The notes beneath the pieces are model-generated. The model made no database searches, was not told the origin of the DNA, and saw only the letters and a list, made by a program, of their open reading frames with translations. From contig CAJINV010000008.1 of NCBI GenBank assembly GCA_905178155.1, positions 2,857,303-2,921,302 on the forward strand: a stretch of DNA of 64,000 nt, read 5' to 3'. This stretch comes from Amoebophrya sp. A120. Taxonomy: Eukaryota; Protista; Dinoflagellata. A program made the translations under genes and the position numbers. Positions 62,401 through 64,000 of the stretch are shown one piece after another. Within the stretch, counting starts at the first letter, position 1. Each line of letters starts with the position of its first letter.

Positions 62401-64000
62401 CCCTGCAAGAGAGGCACTCTTTGCCTTGCATTTTATGCATGAGAAATTATTTCAACTTTGACGATTTCAATCCTGACGCATCCATAAGAAACATCTCCAG
62501 GGTCGGCCTGGACTGCCACACCGATGATTCAGAGGTACAATGTTGTGTTATGCTTACTTGTTTGATCAGCTCCTATGCTGTCAGAAAGCGGCGTTGTTTG
62601 ATGTGTCATCACGGTTGCTCAACCATCGCCTATCTTGTTGTTGAATCGCGCTTCACCGTCATCGATACGTTGTGGTGTTTCCCAGCATGATGATGGTGCG
62701 ATGCAGCTGTTGCAAGAAGAAGAAATCACAATGAAAAATCATGTAGTGGTCCAGCGGTCTGCCTTTGCGATCATGGACGTATGAATATCGTGATGTGACT
62801 CATCTGCCCTTGCCTGTGCGCGCGCCTCGCCCTTTTTTCCATCACAGGAGGATTTCCGCTTGCCGAGGCTGCCCAGGCGTGCCCAGGCTGCCCAGCGTGC
62901 TGTTGTACTACTAGAGCACACGCACGCCGTATTGTGATTCTAACGACAGGTAATGATGTGATATCGCAGCAGGGTCGTTGCGTTCAGATTATTTAGTCCC
63001 CCGGGCATGCGCCCTTTGTTTCCCTTCATCAACCATGATTTCGCGATGAAATACCAGAGAAATTTTCCGTTCCGTTCTTGTTGCGGCTTAGACCTCTTGA
63101 ATTTTTCGTCAACGCTGAAAGAATTAAAAACGATTGTGTGAGATACACAAGATGCATAGAGGGATCGATCATGCAGTAGAGCGATGAAGGGTGCTTACTA
63201 GAGATCATGACAAAAACAAGTACGAGAGCAATTTCTTTTAATTCCTGTCCCAGGTCTCCCTGACCATTCGACTGGGCAAAGAGTATTCCGTATCGCAAGG
63301 AAAAATCCCCCCTCCCCATATTGAAGAGGTAGGTTTTCGAAAATTTGTGTTGCTGATTTGAGGTCACAAATCACGTGTGTGTTGCAAGAAGACAAGGGCA
63401 GCAGCTTCCGTCCCATTATGGAGCCGGTTTGTCATGCTGTTGAGCCAACATCGCGGACGCTTTTCATGCTAAGCGCCTAAGTCAAAGCCTCTCCATTCAG
63501 GCTTGATATGGGTCTGCAGTCCTCTCCAGCAAGACAGATGCGATTCGTGTACTCAAATACTGCATCACAAATTTCGTTTTCGATATGGGGAGGGGGGATT
63601 TTTCTTTTTGATATTCCGGCGGCGCGGTCGGGCTCCGGTGGAAGGTGGGCGACGATATTGTGAGGAAAAATCCCCCCTCCCCATATTGAAAAGGTACACT
63701 TTTGGAAATTTGTGATGCTTATTTGTGGTCACAAATCGTCTCTGTCTTGCAAGGAGGCAAACCCAGAAGACTTCCCGCATTATGCCAGCGGTTTGTGATG
63801 CTGTTGGGACTACGGCATAGACTTTTGTCATGCTGACCGCCTAGGCTAAAACCTCTCCGCTCAGGCTTGCTATGGGCCTGCAGTCCTCTACTGCAAGACA
63901 AAGCTGATTCGTGTACGCAGATCCAGCATCAGAAATTTCGCTTTGATATGAGGAGGGGGGATTTTTCCTCGCAATAGACGAGAACGAGGGCCAGCTCCAA
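59434..64000 (+). CDS. OGFOD2-like 2-oxoglutarate/Fe(II) dioxygenase with N-terminal TM segment, at least 10 exons, runs off the window
   Basis: Spliced product has VYRFPTLSKQICDELLVEIELF, DPLMTVLYP, GLDCHTDDSE-VSLTIRLGKEYSGG (HxD and GG motifs); 8 TIR introns plus GT-AG intron 62535-63253. Confidence 0.78.
59892..60258. mobile_element. TIR intron element, family B
   Basis: TATCCTAAGTAAAAAC / GTTTTTACTGAGGATA; TSD accgc/gccgc. Confidence 0.85.
60473..60706. mobile_element. TIR intron element, decayed
   Basis: TATCGCATTGAAATAAAGTGCACCCACGTCGA / TCGACGTTGGTGCATTTTTCACTGTAACA; TSD decayed (ccgcg/cgttg); in-frame removal. Confidence 0.75.
61043..61302. mobile_element. TIR intron element, family A
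   Basis: TATGCATTGCAAATACGTTTGGGTCTGGAAGA / TCTTCCAGACCCAGACATATTTGCATTTTATA; TSD cccac/ccctc. Confidence 0.88.
61355..61504. mobile_element. Smallest TIR intron element (150 bp)
   Basis: TATCCTGTGCAAAAGTATCGTA / TACGATGCCTTTGCAATTCATA; TSD gctat/gctgt. Confidence 0.8.
61558..61872. mobile_element. TIR intron element, family C (left TIR decayed)
   Basis: Right end ATATGGGGAGGGGGGATTTTTCCTCACAATA; TSD CAGTC. Confidence 0.85.
62179..62486. mobile_element. TIR intron element, distinct family with 40-bp TIR
   Basis: TATGGATGTGTCAGGTTTGAAATCGACAAAGTTGAAATAA, 3 mismatches to the right end; TSD AGAAA. Confidence 0.93.
63291..63613. mobile_element. TIR intron element, family C
   Basis: TATCGCAAGGAAAAATCCCCCCTCCCCATAT / ATATGGGGAGGGGGGATTTTTCTTTTTGATA; TSD TTCCG. 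Confidence 0.9.
63656..63976. mobile_element. TIR intron element, family C
   Basis: TATTGTGAGGAAAAATCCCCCCTCCCCATAT / ATATGAGGAGGGGGGATTTTTCCTCGCAATA; TSD GACGA. Confidence 0.92.

Overview
Eukaryotic, gene-dense window in which every gene I could model lies on the + strand. It is most consistent with an alveolate or dinoflagellate-lineage parasite such as Amoebophrya (inference from intron style). The dominant signal is at least 26 short (150-865 bp) non-coding elements, all inside coding sequence. Each starts with TA, carries terminal inverted repeats (TIRs) and is flanked by a perfect or decayed 5-bp direct repeat (TSD). Removing element plus one TSD copy restores the reading frame in all 26 cases and rebuilds recognisable proteins: the Sec23 C-terminus, a PDI-like protein ending KEEL, an OGFOD2-like oxygenase, a ~6160-aa DUF3638/DUF3645-like protein and a ~2520-aa P450-like/hydrolase fusion. 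Yet the junctions are mostly not GT-AG, and one family occurs in both orientations. These look like transposon-derived non-canonical introns (introner-like), similar to those reported in Amoebophrya. Additional features seen here: a GCAT(G/C/T)ACA motif shared across otherwise unrelated TIR families, co-varying TIRs, and a separate 9-bp-TSD element inserted in a stop codon. The window also has a ~7-kb higher-order tandem array of a membrane-protein gene. All coordinates and family assignments were made by eye, without alignment or database searches.
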